Below are positions 26,066-35,657 of a stretch of DNA of 64,000 nt, piece by piece (within the stretch, counting starts at the first letter, position 1; the number at the start of each line of letters is the position of its first letter). The stretch lies in assembly GCA_014190575.1 (NCBI GenBank), contig BJGQ01000011.1, forward strand, positions 5,009-69,008, read 5' to 3'. The position numbers and the translations under genes were made by a program. The notes beneath the pieces are model-generated. The model searched no databases. It was not told where the DNA came from and saw nothing but the letters and a program-made list of their open reading frames with translations. The DNA is from Bacteroidota bacterium (GTDB lineage: Bacteria > Bacteroidota > Bacteroidia > Chitinophagales > UBA10324).

Positions 26066-27388
26066 CTAGTAACGATAATACTCAGGTTTGAATGGTCCTT
26101 CTTTCGGAATTCCCAAGTACTCTGATTGATTGGTGGAAAGCACATCCAACTCAACGCCGATTTTTGCCAAGTGCAATTGAGCAACTTTTTCATCTAACGA
26201 TTTTGGAAGCATGTACACTCTGTTTTCATATGCATCTGTGTTGTTCCACAATTCCAATTGCGCGAGCACCTGATTTGTGAATGAATTACTCATCACGAAT
26301 GATGGATGTCCCATAGCACAACCGAGGTTTACTAACCTTCCTTCAGCTAAAACAATCACATCTTTTCCATTGATGGTATACTTGTCAACCTGTGGTTTAA
26401 TGGTATCCTTTGTTTTTCCATAATTGTTATTCAACCACGCCATGTCAATTTCAATATCAAAGTGACCGATGTTGCACACAATCGCTTTATCTTTCATTGA
26501 CCGAAAATGAGTTTCGTTAATTACTCCCATGCAACCGGTTGCTGTAACAACAATGTCAGCTTCTTTCACCGCATCAGTCATCTTCTTCACTTCATATCCG
26601 TCCATAGCGGCTTGCAAGGCACAGATAGGATCTATCTCCGTTACAATCACACGAGCACCTGCTCCGCTTAATGATTCGGCAGAACCTTTTCCTACATCAC
26701 CATAACCTGCAACCACTGCCACTTTACCTGCAATCATTACATCAGTAGCACGACGAATAGCATCAACCAATGATTCGCGGCAGCCGTATTTGTTATCGAA
26801 TTTTGATTTTGTAACACTGTCATTCACATTGATAGCAGGCATGTGCAATGTTCCGTTTTTCATACGGTCGTAAAGGCGGTGAACACCTGTTGTGGTTTCT
26901 TCACTCAATCCTTTAATGCCACTGATTAATTCAGTATAAACATCAAACACCATATTAGTTAAATCGCCGCCGTCATCCAGAATCATATTCAACGGCTTAT
27001 CGTAACTGCCGAAGAAAAGAGTTTGCTCAATGCACCAGTTGAAGTCAGCTTCATTCTGACCTTTCCATGCAAACACCGGAACACCCGCAGCAGCCACAGC
27101 CGCAGCAGCGTGGTCTTGGGTAGAAAAAATATTGCAGCTTGACCAGCGCACTTCGGCACCAAGGTCAACCAATGTTTCAATCAACACAGCAGTTTGAATG
27201 GTCATGTGTAAGCAACCCGCAACACGCGCACCCTTCAAAGGTTTTTTCCCTTTGTGTTCTTCACGAATTGCCATTAGACCCGGCATTTCTGCTTCAGCTA
27301 ATGTGATTTCTTTTCGGCCCCATTCAGCCAATGAAATATCTGCTACCTTGTAAGGCAACTTAATGTCTATTACACTCTTGGTCATCAT
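26066..27388 (-). CDS. ahcY: adenosylhomocysteinase
   Basis: [24 protein letters not shown] and [19 protein letters not shown] motifs. Confidence 0.95.
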   Translation of the reverse strand: MMTKSVIDIKLPYKVADISLAEWGRKEITLAEAEMPGLMAIREEHKGKKPLKGARVAGCLHMTIQTAVLIETLVDLGAEVRWSSCNIFSTQDHAAAAVAAAGVPVFAWKGQNEADFNWCIEQTLFFGSYDKPLNMILDDGGDLTNMVFDVYTELISGIKGLSEETTTGVHRLYDRMKNGTLHMPAINVNDSVTKSKFDNKYGCRESLVDAIRRATDVMIAGKVAVVAGYGDVGKGSAESLSGAGARVIVTEIDPICALQAAMDGYEVKKMTDAVKEADIVVTATGCMGVINETHFRSMKDKAIVCNIGHFDIEIDMAWLNNNYGKTKDTIKPQVDKYTINGKDVIVLAEGRLVNLGCAMGHPSFVMSNSFTNQVLAQLELWNNTDAYENRVYMLPKSLDEKVAQLHLAKIGVELDVLSTNQSEYLGIPKEGPFKPEYYRY

Positions 27389-27417
27389 GATTGTAGGTTT
27401 AGTTATTTTAGGAGGCG

Positions 27418-27425
27418 CAAACTTA
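27418..27425 (-). promoter_or_regulatory. -7 promoter box for ahcY
   Basis: The reverse strand reads TAAGTTTG, 30 nt upstream of the start. Confidence 0.45.
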
Positions 27426-27606
27426 ATTCATACAATATCAAGTAGCAAATAAAAACCAACAGAAAGAATTTTTATGTGAAGGAAATATATATCAACATTC
27501 AACAGATTTTTTTTTGGAACTTTATATAAATCAAAATCATTAAAATAGTAAGAAGGTTTTACTTTCGCCAAAAATTAAATTCAAAACATAAAATCAATAA
27601 AATAAA

Positions 27607-28020
27607 ATGTACCCACAAGAATTAACAGCGCCAATGAGCAGAGAATTAACTGCCAGAGGATTTGAGGAATTAAAAACAGCAGCGGCTGCCGAGGCAGCAA
27701 TATCAAGCACAAAAGGTTCTATGTTATTGGTGGTGAATTCGGTTTGCGGATGCGCAGCAGGAAGTGCGCGCCCCGGAGTTTTATCTTCCTTAAATGGGGA
27801 TAAAAAACCTGAAAAATTAGTTACTGTTTTTGCAGGAGTTGATAAAGAAGCGGTTGATGTTGCGCGCCAGCACCTGATGCCTTACCCACCATCGTCACCT
27901 GCAATTGCTTTGTTTAAAGATGGTAAGTTGGTTCACATGATTGAGCGCCACCACATTGAAGGAAGAACTGCCGAAATTATTTCCACTCACTTGAAACAGG
28001 TTTATCAAGAATTCTGTTAA
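27607..28020 (+). CDS. BrxA/BrxB-type bacilliredoxin (DUF1094)
   Basis: MYPQELTAPMSRELT...VVNSVCGCAAGSARP with the CGC redox motif; ~137 aa. Confidence 0.75.
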   Translation: MYPQELTAPMSRELTARGFEELKTAAAAEAAISSTKGSMLLVVNSVCGCAAGSARPGVLSSLNGDKKPEKLVTVFAGVDKEAVDVARQHLMPYPPSSPAIALFKDGKLVHMIERHHIEGRTAEIISTHLKQVYQEFC

Positions 28021-28056
28021 CTGATAGTATAGATTCAAAGTTAATAAATTCAAATT

Positions 28057-28091
28057 AGAAAGCCGTCGGCGGCAATGCTCGACGGCTTTCT
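28057..28091. terminator. bidirectional terminator between the bacilliredoxin gene and the chimeric sigma ORF
   Basis: Perfect 12-bp stem AGAAAGCCGTCG / CGACGGCTTTCT with an 11-nt loop, flanked by A/T. Confidence 0.7.
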
Positions 28092-28107
28092 AATTTCTTA
28101 TAAAATC

Positions 28108-28605
28108 TTATTGCAAAACTATTTGCTTCGAGTCCATTGCATTTTCTCCAATGAGGCGAATCATGTAAACTCCTTTTGCCACATCAGTTGGGAATTTAAT
28201 ATTCATTGTACTTTCTCCGTCAATATTTTTTGTGAGAATCGTTTGACCAAGAATGTTTTCAATTTGAATAGCCGGCGAAATAAAATCCGGAATAAAATTT
28301 AATGCAATCAATTGTTTTCTGTTAAGTTGATTTCTCATTTCGTTTCGGCAAAGGTTTATCGCGAGTGTATAAATCCAGGTAGAAAATTTCCGTGTCACAT
28401 CAAACCGATCGTGCGATTCCATAACTTTAATGAATACATCGTGCAAAAAGTCTTCGGCCTTTTCTCGGTCATTTACTATTCGTAAAATAAAATTGAATAA
28501 TCGTTTGTGATACCGGTCATACAATTCTTCAAAGCATTTGCGGTCGCAGTTACGGATACGATCCATCAACTCTTCATCTGTAAAAACTGCATTTTGCTTC
28601 AACAA
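28108..28605 (-). CDS. chimeric ORF: ECF sigma-70 region 2 fused to a T9SS C-terminal-domain-like tail (possible gene remnant)
   Basis: Residues 1-92 are a typical ECF region 2 (FEELYDRYHKRLFNFILRIV..AEDFLHDVFIKV...FSTWIYTLAINLCRNEMR). No region 4 HTH follows. Residues ~100-165 (IQIENILGQTIL...DVAKGVYMIRLIGENAMDSKQIVLQ) instead resemble a type A T9SS sorting domain. Confidence 0.5.
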   Translation of the reverse strand: MLKQNAVFTDEELMDRIRNCDRKCFEELYDRYHKRLFNFILRIVNDREKAEDFLHDVFIKVMESHDRFDVTRKFSTWIYTLAINLCRNEMRNQLNRKQLIALNFIPDFISPAIQIENILGQTILTKNIDGESTMNIKFPTDVAKGVYMIRLIGENAMDSKQIVLQ

Positions 28606-28619
28606 AATCTTAAATTGAA

Positions 28620-29789
28620 TTATTTCTTGTTATTAAAGTATTTTTCAATTTCAGTTTTCATGTTCGTGGTTTCTGCAATTGCCAATATCATTGTTTTATA
28701 ATGCTCAGCCTTTTCGTTTTCTTTTTTCTCAGTATAAAAATCATATAGAGTAATCATTGGAACAATGTAATTGCTATTGCAATTGTAAACGATTTCCTTG
28801 CTGATATCATTGCTGAAACTGATTTGTAAATAGTCAAGTAAAAATTTCTGTTCCATATTTTTTTGCAACACCGGTATGTTATCATATTTCTTTTCGTTAA
28901 AACGGAATGCTAACCCTTCGAGATACATAGAGTCTTCAAAAGTTTTGTAGTAGGTGGGGTCACAGCTTTCAGCAAAATACAACGGACGCTTCTTTATGTT
29001 TTTCATCAGAAATTCTCCAATAATTGTATTCAACTGTTCGGTGCTTGTGATTTTGTTGTAATCAATTTCAAGATATTTAATTCCTAATTCATTGCATAAT
29101 GCTTTCCGGTAATCATCCAATAAAAACAAACTGAGGTTAATGACTTTAATATCTGTTCGAATATTTTTAACCTCCTGCAACATCCACGCTGGAAAAGTAT
29201 CGTTATCGCCATTTGTAATGAGTACACCATCTTTTGCTACAGACATCAAAAGGTTATAATCCCAGTTTAAAATTCCGGGCGACATTTCATTTAAGTGGTA
29301 CCATTTGTTCAGGTATTCTTTTTTCTTTATTGCATTTCCGTTTGTTTCAGCTTGTACAACCAAATCAGCATAGATCTCAGTTTTAGTCGAATCAATTGAA
29401 TAGGCTTTTAATAAGTAGGGGAAATATTTTTCACGATCACCATTGTAAATTCCATTGTAATAAATCAGGTAATTGTATTCAAATGTTTCCGGAATTAACT
29501 GACCCATTTTATTCATAATTCCTTGTAAGGAATCAGTCATACCATCAACCATCAATTCATTTTTACCACTACATACAAGCAAATTTCTATTGGCCCGATA
29601 ATAATATTCCCAGGCTTGTGCATTCAATGGATTTTTTTCTGTTTCAGTTTTCCAGAGTAGCGCTTGTTGAGTATACCATTCATTGGTTTGAAATTGTTTG
29701 GCAATGCCATAAACAGGTTCTGGCTTTTGAGCTTTTGCAATTGAAATCTGAAGGACGAAGAGGAGAATGAAACAGAAATTTGTTCGCAT
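28620..29789 (-). CDS. secreted hypothetical protein, resembling the periplasmic part of DUF2723 proteins
   Basis: Signal peptide ending AKAQ. VLITNGDNDTFPAWMLQEVKNIRTDIKVINLSL resembles a motif I associate with large DUF2723 membrane proteins. No membrane domain is present here. Confidence 0.4.
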   Translation of the reverse strand: MRTNFCFILLFVLQISIAKAQKPEPVYGIAKQFQTNEWYTQQALLWKTETEKNPLNAQAWEYYYRANRNLLVCSGKNELMVDGMTDSLQGIMNKMGQLIPETFEYNYLIYYNGIYNGDREKYFPYLLKAYSIDSTKTEIYADLVVQAETNGNAIKKKEYLNKWYHLNEMSPGILNWDYNLLMSVAKDGVLITNGDNDTFPAWMLQEVKNIRTDIKVINLSLFLLDDYRKALCNELGIKYLEIDYNKITSTEQLNTIIGEFLMKNIKKRPLYFAESCDPTYYKTFEDSMYLEGLAFRFNEKKYDNIPVLQKNMEQKFLLDYLQISFSNDISKEIVYNCNSNYIVPMITLYDFYTEKKENEKAEHYKTMILAIAETTNMKTEIEKYFNNKK

Positions 29790-29871
29790 GGTTTTTATAA
29801 ATGTTTTGGTATGGATAGTTATAACCGCGAAACGCTGAATCGTTCAATCTGTTTTACAAATATTTTTCTGT

Positions 29872-30276
29872 TCAGTATAATTTTACTTTAAACTTCGCTG
29901 CCATTTTTTCAATTTGTTCTTGCGGAATAAGATGAATGTTTTCATGATCGTGATAATTTTCAACTGTTAAAACAAATAATTTATAGTTGTACTTGTCAGC
30001 CATTTTAATATAAGGTTCTACTTCCCAATCCATGGTAAAAGTGTTGGCTACAAATACTTTTTCACAATTTTTCTTCAACTGGTTTCTGGTATCTTCTTCA
30101 CATTGTTTGTAAGCGAGATGATTCTTATCGAATTCAAATTTGTATTCTGCAGTTTCAGTATCAGTAAAAAAATCATCAATGCTCAACACTGGATATTTTC
30201 CATTTTCACAAAGCACATTTGCCAGTGTCGATTTGCCACTACCGGGTAATCCTCGAAGAAGAATCAATGATTTCAT
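29872..30276 (-). CDS. small P-loop kinase-like ATPase (AAA_33-like)
   Basis: LLRGLPGSGKSTLA Walker A at the N-terminus; 134 aa with no other domain. Confidence 0.6.
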   Translation of the reverse strand: MKSLILLRGLPGSGKSTLANVLCENGKYPVLSIDDFFTDTETAEYKFEFDKNHLAYKQCEEDTRNQLKKNCEKVFVANTFTMDWEVEPYIKMADKYNYKLFVLTVENYHDHENIHLIPQEQIEKMAAKFKVKLY

Positions 30277-30411
30277 TTTTTATAAATAGAAATTGATTGG
30301 AGTTTTTAAAGTGTTGCAAATTAATTATAGCCTTCTTGAATTGGAAGAATAGAAAAAAAAATTCAGAAAGATTTTTTTTGTATTCTTAGCTCGGATTGAA
30401 ATTAAACTGAC

Positions 30412-31629
30412 ATGAAAAAAATAAATCTCACTACTCAGATAATTGTTGCAATGTTGCTTGGCATTGCTGTCGGACAATGGTATCGGAGCACACACCTTGA
30501 TGTTGAACAGCAGAAATCATTTGCTTCAAACATTCAGATACTAAGCGAAATTTTCTTGCGGTTAGTGAAAATGATTATTGCTCCATTGGTTTTTAGTTTG
30601 CTTTTAACGGGCATAGCTAAAGTCGGCGATTTTAAAAGTGTAGGCCGCATTGGACTTAAAACCATAACTTATTTTTTAAGTGCAACATTACTTGCCTTAA
30701 TCACAGGGTTGGTTATAGTAAATGTATTTGAACCAGGAAAAGCATTGCATTTAACTACTTTAAATTCAGTTGTTCCCGTCAGTACCAATGGATTTAACAT
30801 TCATGAATTCATCACTCATGTTTTTCCTGATAGCATTGTGAATGTGATGGCCTCGAATCAAATCTTACCAATAATAGTTTTCGTTTTATTCTTTGCTGTT
30901 GCTACTGCTTCCATCGGAGAAAGGGGAAAAATAATAATAGATTTTTTTGACGCTGTAGGGCATGTGATGCTGAAGGTTACCGGCTATGTAATGAAACTTG
31001 CACCACTTGGTGTATTCGGTGCTACTGCCGCCGTTATTACTCAACAAGGACTAGGAATATTAACCGGATATGCCGGTATTATACTTTGTTTTTTTGGTGG
31101 TCTGTTGTTTTTTGTTTTTATAATTCTGTTGGGAATCTGTGCAGTTTTTGGAATTCCTTTTTTCAAGCTTCTTGCTCATGTTCGCGAACCAATGTTATTG
31201 GCATTCACAACTGCAAGCAGCGAAGCTGCAATGCCAAAAGTTATTTTAGGATTGGAACGATTTGGAATAAGTAATCGGATTGTGAGTTTTGTTTTACCAC
31301 TTGGCTATTCATTCAATCTGGATGGTAGCATTATGTATATGATATTCGCCACCATAAGCATTGCACAGGCATACGGAATGGATATTCCTTTCTCGCAACA
31401 AGTAAGTATGATGCTGATATTGATGATTACAAGTAAAGGAGTTGCAGGTGTGCCACGCGCAAGTCTTGTGGTGATAGCAAGTATGCTCACCATGTTCAGT
31501 ATTCCGGTGGAAGGACTTACTTTATTACTCGCTATTGATTGGTTGCTTGATATGGGAAGAGCCTGCACCAATGTTATTGGTAATGCTGTTGCAACATGTG
31601 TCGTGAGCAAGTGGGAGGGAGAAACCTGA
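30412..31629 (+). CDS. dicarboxylate/amino acid:cation symporter (DAACS family)
   Basis: Multi-transmembrane protein with the FTTASSEAAMP and GVAGVPRASLV motifs typical of GltP/DctA-type transporters. Confidence 0.88.
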   Translation: MKKINLTTQIIVAMLLGIAVGQWYRSTHLDVEQQKSFASNIQILSEIFLRLVKMIIAPLVFSLLLTGIAKVGDFKSVGRIGLKTITYFLSATLLALITGLVIVNVFEPGKALHLTTLNSVVPVSTNGFNIHEFITHVFPDSIVNVMASNQILPIIVFVLFFAVATASIGERGKIIIDFFDAVGHVMLKVTGYVMKLAPLGVFGATAAVITQQGLGILTGYAGIILCFFGGLLFFVFIILLGICAVFGIPFFKLLAHVREPMLLAFTTASSEAAMPKVILGLERFGISNRIVSFVLPLGYSFNLDGSIMYMIFATISIAQAYGMDIPFSQQVSMMLILMITSKGVAGVPRASLVVIASMLTMFSIPVEGLTLLLAIDWLLDMGRACTNVIGNAVATCVVSKWEGET

Positions 31630-31811
31630 ATTCAATAAAGAACTATTTTCTGAAAAAATATTTCTACTAATTAACAGACAAAATATATTCACTGCCAATT
31701 ATTATTCAATACAAACAATTAGCAGCGCGTTGATTTTTAAAAAATGATATTTATTGACTTTAAAAAAATCATTCTGGATTGCAACGAATAAATAAGAATT
31801 CTATTTACTAA

Positions 31812-32030
31812 TTAATGCTTGGTTGGAAGAATTTTTTCTGTAATCCATTTTCCATTTACATGCTCACCCCAGATAATAACATCTTTATTTCTGTCATACA
31901 CACGCTTTGCCTCAAGCATAGCTTTTTTATCAGGACAACAAATTTTTACCCCGTTCTTTGAACCTTTGTTACAAACTTCAATGTAAAATCCGTCTTTAAA
32001 TTTTTTCGGTACTGTAGGTGGTCTTCCCAT
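31812..32030 (-). CDS. small basic hypothetical protein
   Basis: 72 aa, Lys-rich, with three Cys (C..10..CC). Isolated between long AT-rich intergenic regions. Coding status unproven. Confidence 0.3.
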   Translation of the reverse strand: MGRPPTVPKKFKDGFYIEVCNKGSKNGVKICCPDKKAMLEAKRVYDRNKDVIIWGEHVNGKWITEKILPTKH

Positions 32031-32155
32031 TACTTAAAACTTTTTTTGTTATTGTTCGCAATAATAAATTAATTATTCTAAAATCCATTATCAGAAAAAA
32101 CAATATACTCCACAATGTTCGAAATCAATTAATCGAATAGTCGTATTTCTGCCAA

Positions 32156-32581
32156 ATGAAAAATTTCAAGCACAAAACTTCCATACAAGTTCGTTTTGCC
32201 GATATGGATATGATGGGACATGCAAACAATTCAGCCTATTCAACATTTATTGAATATGCCCGCATGAAATATTTTGACGATGTGGTGGCGGAAGAGGGTG
32301 TGTGGAGTAAGCTGGAAGGGTTAATTCTTGCGCGATTGGAAATTGATTTCCGGTTACCGATAGTATTGGGTGATGAAATTTTTATTTATACCCGATGCTC
32401 ACGAATGGGAACAAAAAGTTTCGACATGGAATGTGTAATTGTAAAAAGAGAAAAAGAAACTGAAACAATCATGGCAGAAACAAAAGCAGTAATTGTTTGC
32501 TTCGATTATTCCACCAATAAAACAGTTGTTGTTTCCGAAGAACGGAAAAAGAAAATTGCAGATTACGAAATGGCTACCTGA
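32156..32581 (+). CDS. acyl-CoA thioesterase, 4HBT/YbgC-like hotdog fold
   Basis: VRFADMDMMGHANNSAY at the N-terminus; ~140 aa. Confidence 0.8.
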   Translation: MKNFKHKTSIQVRFADMDMMGHANNSAYSTFIEYARMKYFDDVVAEEGVWSKLEGLILARLEIDFRLPIVLGDEIFIYTRCSRMGTKSFDMECVIVKREKETETIMAETKAVIVCFDYSTNKTVVVSEERKKKIADYEMAT

Positions 32582-33676
32582 TTATTTTTTTGTTTTTAAA
32601 AACGCGAGCAAATCATTGCTGCTGCTGTCAAAATCAAATACATCAGTCATTTGATAATAATTCTGTTGGTCGATGGTATAATCGTATCCGTATTTTGCAA
32701 CTTCTAATTTATCTGCTTCAAAATCCATTAGTAATACTATTGCTTTCATTTGCGAAACTGTGAAGCATTTTTTGCTTTGAATTATTTGTTTGGCAGTACT
32801 GATTTTAGTGCTGGAGAAACTTAAATTTTTAATCGTTGAAATAATGGAGTTCATATCAGCATCAGTCACCACGCAAATTGGTACAACAGGAATAGGCGGC
32901 GGTAATAATGATTTTACCGTTGCATCTCCAAATGCAATCCAATCAACTTTGTATGCTTGCGTGCTGAAAAGCTGATCTGCAAAACTGAAATTCTGAATGT
33001 CATAACACCTGGTTATATTTTGTTTCAGAAATTTCATACGGTTCATATCAAGTTGAATTAAAGTTGAAAGCATAATTAATTGCGCCAAGCTAACACAATT
33101 GTTTTGTATGAATTGTGTTCCTGTGTTCATGCGATTTACATCACCTTGCTGTTGAACAACCGGAGTTACTAAAACCATAAAATCATTATCGCTCATTGGT
33201 AAGCTGCAACCGCCTACACCTTTGTATCCAACCGGCGAAGGATAATTCAAATCAGGAAAAATCTTAACAGGTGAAGGTGGGGGCGGAGCCTGATATTCCA
33301 CCGTATTTCCATTCACAAAATCGTAAAACCGAAAAGCAAACGAAAGTGAATTGAATGCATCGAACAGTAAATAATAATTTTCCTTATCATAAATATTCGG
33401 ATATGCTGAATAAGCAAACTGCAATCGCATTCCATCATCATAAAAAACAGCAGCTAATTGGTATGCATGATTACTTAACAAACAGCGGCCGCGCAACCAG
33501 GTGTTTAGGTAATTCAATTTTAACTGGTCAGTTGGTTGTGTGCTGAGTTTCTTGTATTGAATCTGTACTTCATCGTTGCTCACCGGTGCGGAACAGTTTT
33601 GCCCAAATGAATTGAGAGTCAATGTAAGTAACAGAATTTGAAAAATAATTTTCATGAATTTTGTTTTAAGGATCAA
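32582..33676 (-). CDS. DUF4476 repeat protein, secreted
   Basis: Signal peptide ending SFGQ. It has three modules. The last two each begin with an acidic M/D..DF stretch and each carries a Cys-containing C..S..Q..I-type segment. The second module ends in a conserved Y.Y..D..NYY. This fits DUF4476. Confidence 0.55.
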   Translation of the reverse strand: MILKTKFMKIIFQILLLTLTLNSFGQNCSAPVSNDEVQIQYKKLSTQPTDQLKLNYLNTWLRGRCLLSNHAYQLAAVFYDDGMRLQFAYSAYPNIYDKENYYLLFDAFNSLSFAFRFYDFVNGNTVEYQAPPPPSPVKIFPDLNYPSPVGYKGVGGCSLPMSDNDFMVLVTPVVQQQGDVNRMNTGTQFIQNNCVSLAQLIMLSTLIQLDMNRMKFLKQNITRCYDIQNFSFADQLFSTQAYKVDWIAFGDATVKSLLPPPIPVVPICVVTDADMNSIISTIKNLSFSSTKISTAKQIIQSKKCFTVSQMKAIVLLMDFEADKLEVAKYGYDYTIDQQNYYQMTDVFDFDSSSNDLLAFLKTKK

Positions 33677-33721
33677 TAAAGAAAATAATGTTTTAGCAAT
33701 ATTTTAATCAGCACAACTATT

Positions 33722-35416
33722 TTATAATGCTGAATCATCAATATTTAACAACCAGTTTTTAGCTTCACCCATAACTTCCTGCATGGTTGTTTCTTCAAAC
33801 GGAGATTTTAACCCTGCAAGTTCTACTAATTTTAAAAACGACATGCTTCCACCAGCATCGCAAAGTGTGATGTAATCTTTCATGGCAACGGAAAGATTTT
33901 CTCTGGATTTTTTCCAGAACTGAAAGGCACAGATTTGCGCGAGTGTGTAATCAATGTAATAAAATGGCGAACGGTAAATGTGCATTTGCCTTTGCCAGAA
34001 ACCTCCGCCTTCTAAATATTCATTGCCATCATAATCGCGCAGCGGTAAGTATTTCTTCTCAATGTTTCTCCATGCAGTATTCCGTTCGGCAGGTGTTGCA
34101 TCGGCATTTGCATAAATGAAATGTTGAAATTCATCCACCGCCACACCATACGGAATAAACATTAATGCATGCGTGAGATGCGCATACTTGTACTTATCGG
34201 TTTGCGCGCCAAAATATTTTTGCATCCACGGCCAGGTGATAAACTCCATACTCATGCTGTGAATTTCGCAAGCTTCCAGAGTAGGAGAGAGGTACTCATC
34301 TACCGTTAGATTGCGACTACGGAATGCCTGAAATGCATGACCGGCTTCGTGGGTCAGCACATCAATATCATGTGAAGTGCCATTGAAATTGCTGAAGATG
34401 TAGGGCGCTTTGTACGATGAAAGATAAGTGCAATAACCGCCGCCGGCTTTGTTTGGTTTATTCACCAAATCCATTAATTCATGCTCGAGCATGAAATGAA
34501 AAAACTCCCCGGTTTCTTTTGATAGTTCATCATACATACTTGTTGCATGATTCACAATCCAGTCCGGATCACCTTCGGGTTTTGCATTTCCATTGAGGAA
34601 ATCTATTCCTTCATCATAGTATTTTAATGCTGGCAATGAAAGGCGCTTGCTCTGTTGTGTTTTTAATTGTGTTGCGAGCGGCACTAAATGTTTGCGCACA
34701 TTTTCGCGAAATGCCTCCACCATTGTTTGATTGTAATCAACGCGCTGCATGCGGCCATAACCAAGTCCGATAAAATTTTTGTAACCAAGTTTCAGCGCCA
34801 TGCCGTGACGAAGTTTTACCAACTCATCAAATATTTCGTCAAGGCGATTGTGATTTTCAGAAAACCAGTTGTCACTTTTTTCATGCGCTTCTTTTCTTGT
34901 GGCTCTGTCGGGTGAAAGTTTAAATGGAGTGAGTCCGCTGAGGTTGTAGGTGTTTCCGCGAAATTCAATTTTAGCGGAGGCCAACAGTTTGGTGTATTCG
35001 GTTGTGAGTTGATTTTCTTTCTGAAGGTCTTCAATAATTTCAGGAGAAAAAGTTTTGATGCTTAATTCTGCCAGCATGAATAATTGCTTGCCATAAATTT
35101 TTTCCAACTCGGTTCGCTGTTTCGATTCAATGAGTGCTTTGTAAAATTGCATGACAATATCACGATACATCGGTTCATTCTCATCCATGAACTCCTGTTC
35201 TTTCTCATAAAACTCATCCGTAGTGTTCACACTGTTGCGGATGGAAACTAAAGTCATTGCAGTATCGAAACTGCGGCGGCGATTGTATATATCTGTAAAT
35301 ATTTTTTGCAATTCACCAACATCATTGGTTGATTGAAAAGATTGAATGAGTTGCTGAAATTCTTTTTTGAATTGTGCGAAGTCGGGACGCGAGTATGGAA
35401 ACTCTGAAAATTTCAT
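33722..35416 (-). CDS. M3 family oligoendopeptidase (PepF-like)
   Basis: HEAGHAF zinc motif followed by a downstream E (LEACEIHS); 564 aa. Confidence 0.85.
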   Translation of the reverse strand: MKFSEFPYSRPDFAQFKKEFQQLIQSFQSTNDVGELQKIFTDIYNRRRSFDTAMTLVSIRNSVNTTDEFYEKEQEFMDENEPMYRDIVMQFYKALIESKQRTELEKIYGKQLFMLAELSIKTFSPEIIEDLQKENQLTTEYTKLLASAKIEFRGNTYNLSGLTPFKLSPDRATRKEAHEKSDNWFSENHNRLDEIFDELVKLRHGMALKLGYKNFIGLGYGRMQRVDYNQTMVEAFRENVRKHLVPLATQLKTQQSKRLSLPALKYYDEGIDFLNGNAKPEGDPDWIVNHATSMYDELSKETGEFFHFMLEHELMDLVNKPNKAGGGYCTYLSSYKAPYIFSNFNGTSHDIDVLTHEAGHAFQAFRSRNLTVDEYLSPTLEACEIHSMSMEFITWPWMQKYFGAQTDKYKYAHLTHALMFIPYGVAVDEFQHFIYANADATPAERNTAWRNIEKKYLPLRDYDGNEYLEGGGFWQRQMHIYRSPFYYIDYTLAQICAFQFWKKSRENLSVAMKDYITLCDAGGSMSFLKLVELAGLKSPFEETTMQEVMGEAKNWLLNIDDSAL

Positions 35417-35574
35417 TGGAAGGTTTTATGATTGAGCGATGAAAATAAAATAGTGGTAAGGAAGCAACAGAAAATAAATTCACATACAGCGGTTGCGAGT
35501 GTATGCATGAACTAATCTTTCAATAATTTTTGTGCCTGAATTTTTGTTGCTGATTTTCGAATCCTGAACTGAAG

Positions 35575-35614
35575 GATTGCTTCTTCGAGTGAATACACTC
35601 TTATCGCAATGACA
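35575..35614. repeat. structured intergenic element (nested hairpins)
   Basis: GATTGCTTCTTCGAGTGAATACACTCTTATCGCAATGACA has an outer ATTGC/GCAAT stem and an inner GAGTG/CACTC stem. An adjacent AATCCT-gaactga-AGGATT hairpin lies at 35560-35578. Confidence 0.45.
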
Positions 35615-35657
35615 TTGCTCCGGCATTTCACTATTCACTCTTAGTTTTTCACTCTAC

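Noticed and set aside
25501-26066. Short tandem 7-mers: AATAGCA x2 at about 25505-25520 and AAAAGCT x2 at about 26047-26060.
   Set aside because: Each is a two-copy low-complexity repeat in AT-rich spacers next to terminators. There is no higher-order structure.
27389-27606. Possible SAH or SAM riboswitch in the 218-nt region upstream of ahcY.
   Set aside because: A -7 box sits only 30 nt from the start codon, which leaves a short leader. The rest is very AT-rich with no GC-rich pseudoknot-type helices that I can recognise. A covariance-model scan would settle it.
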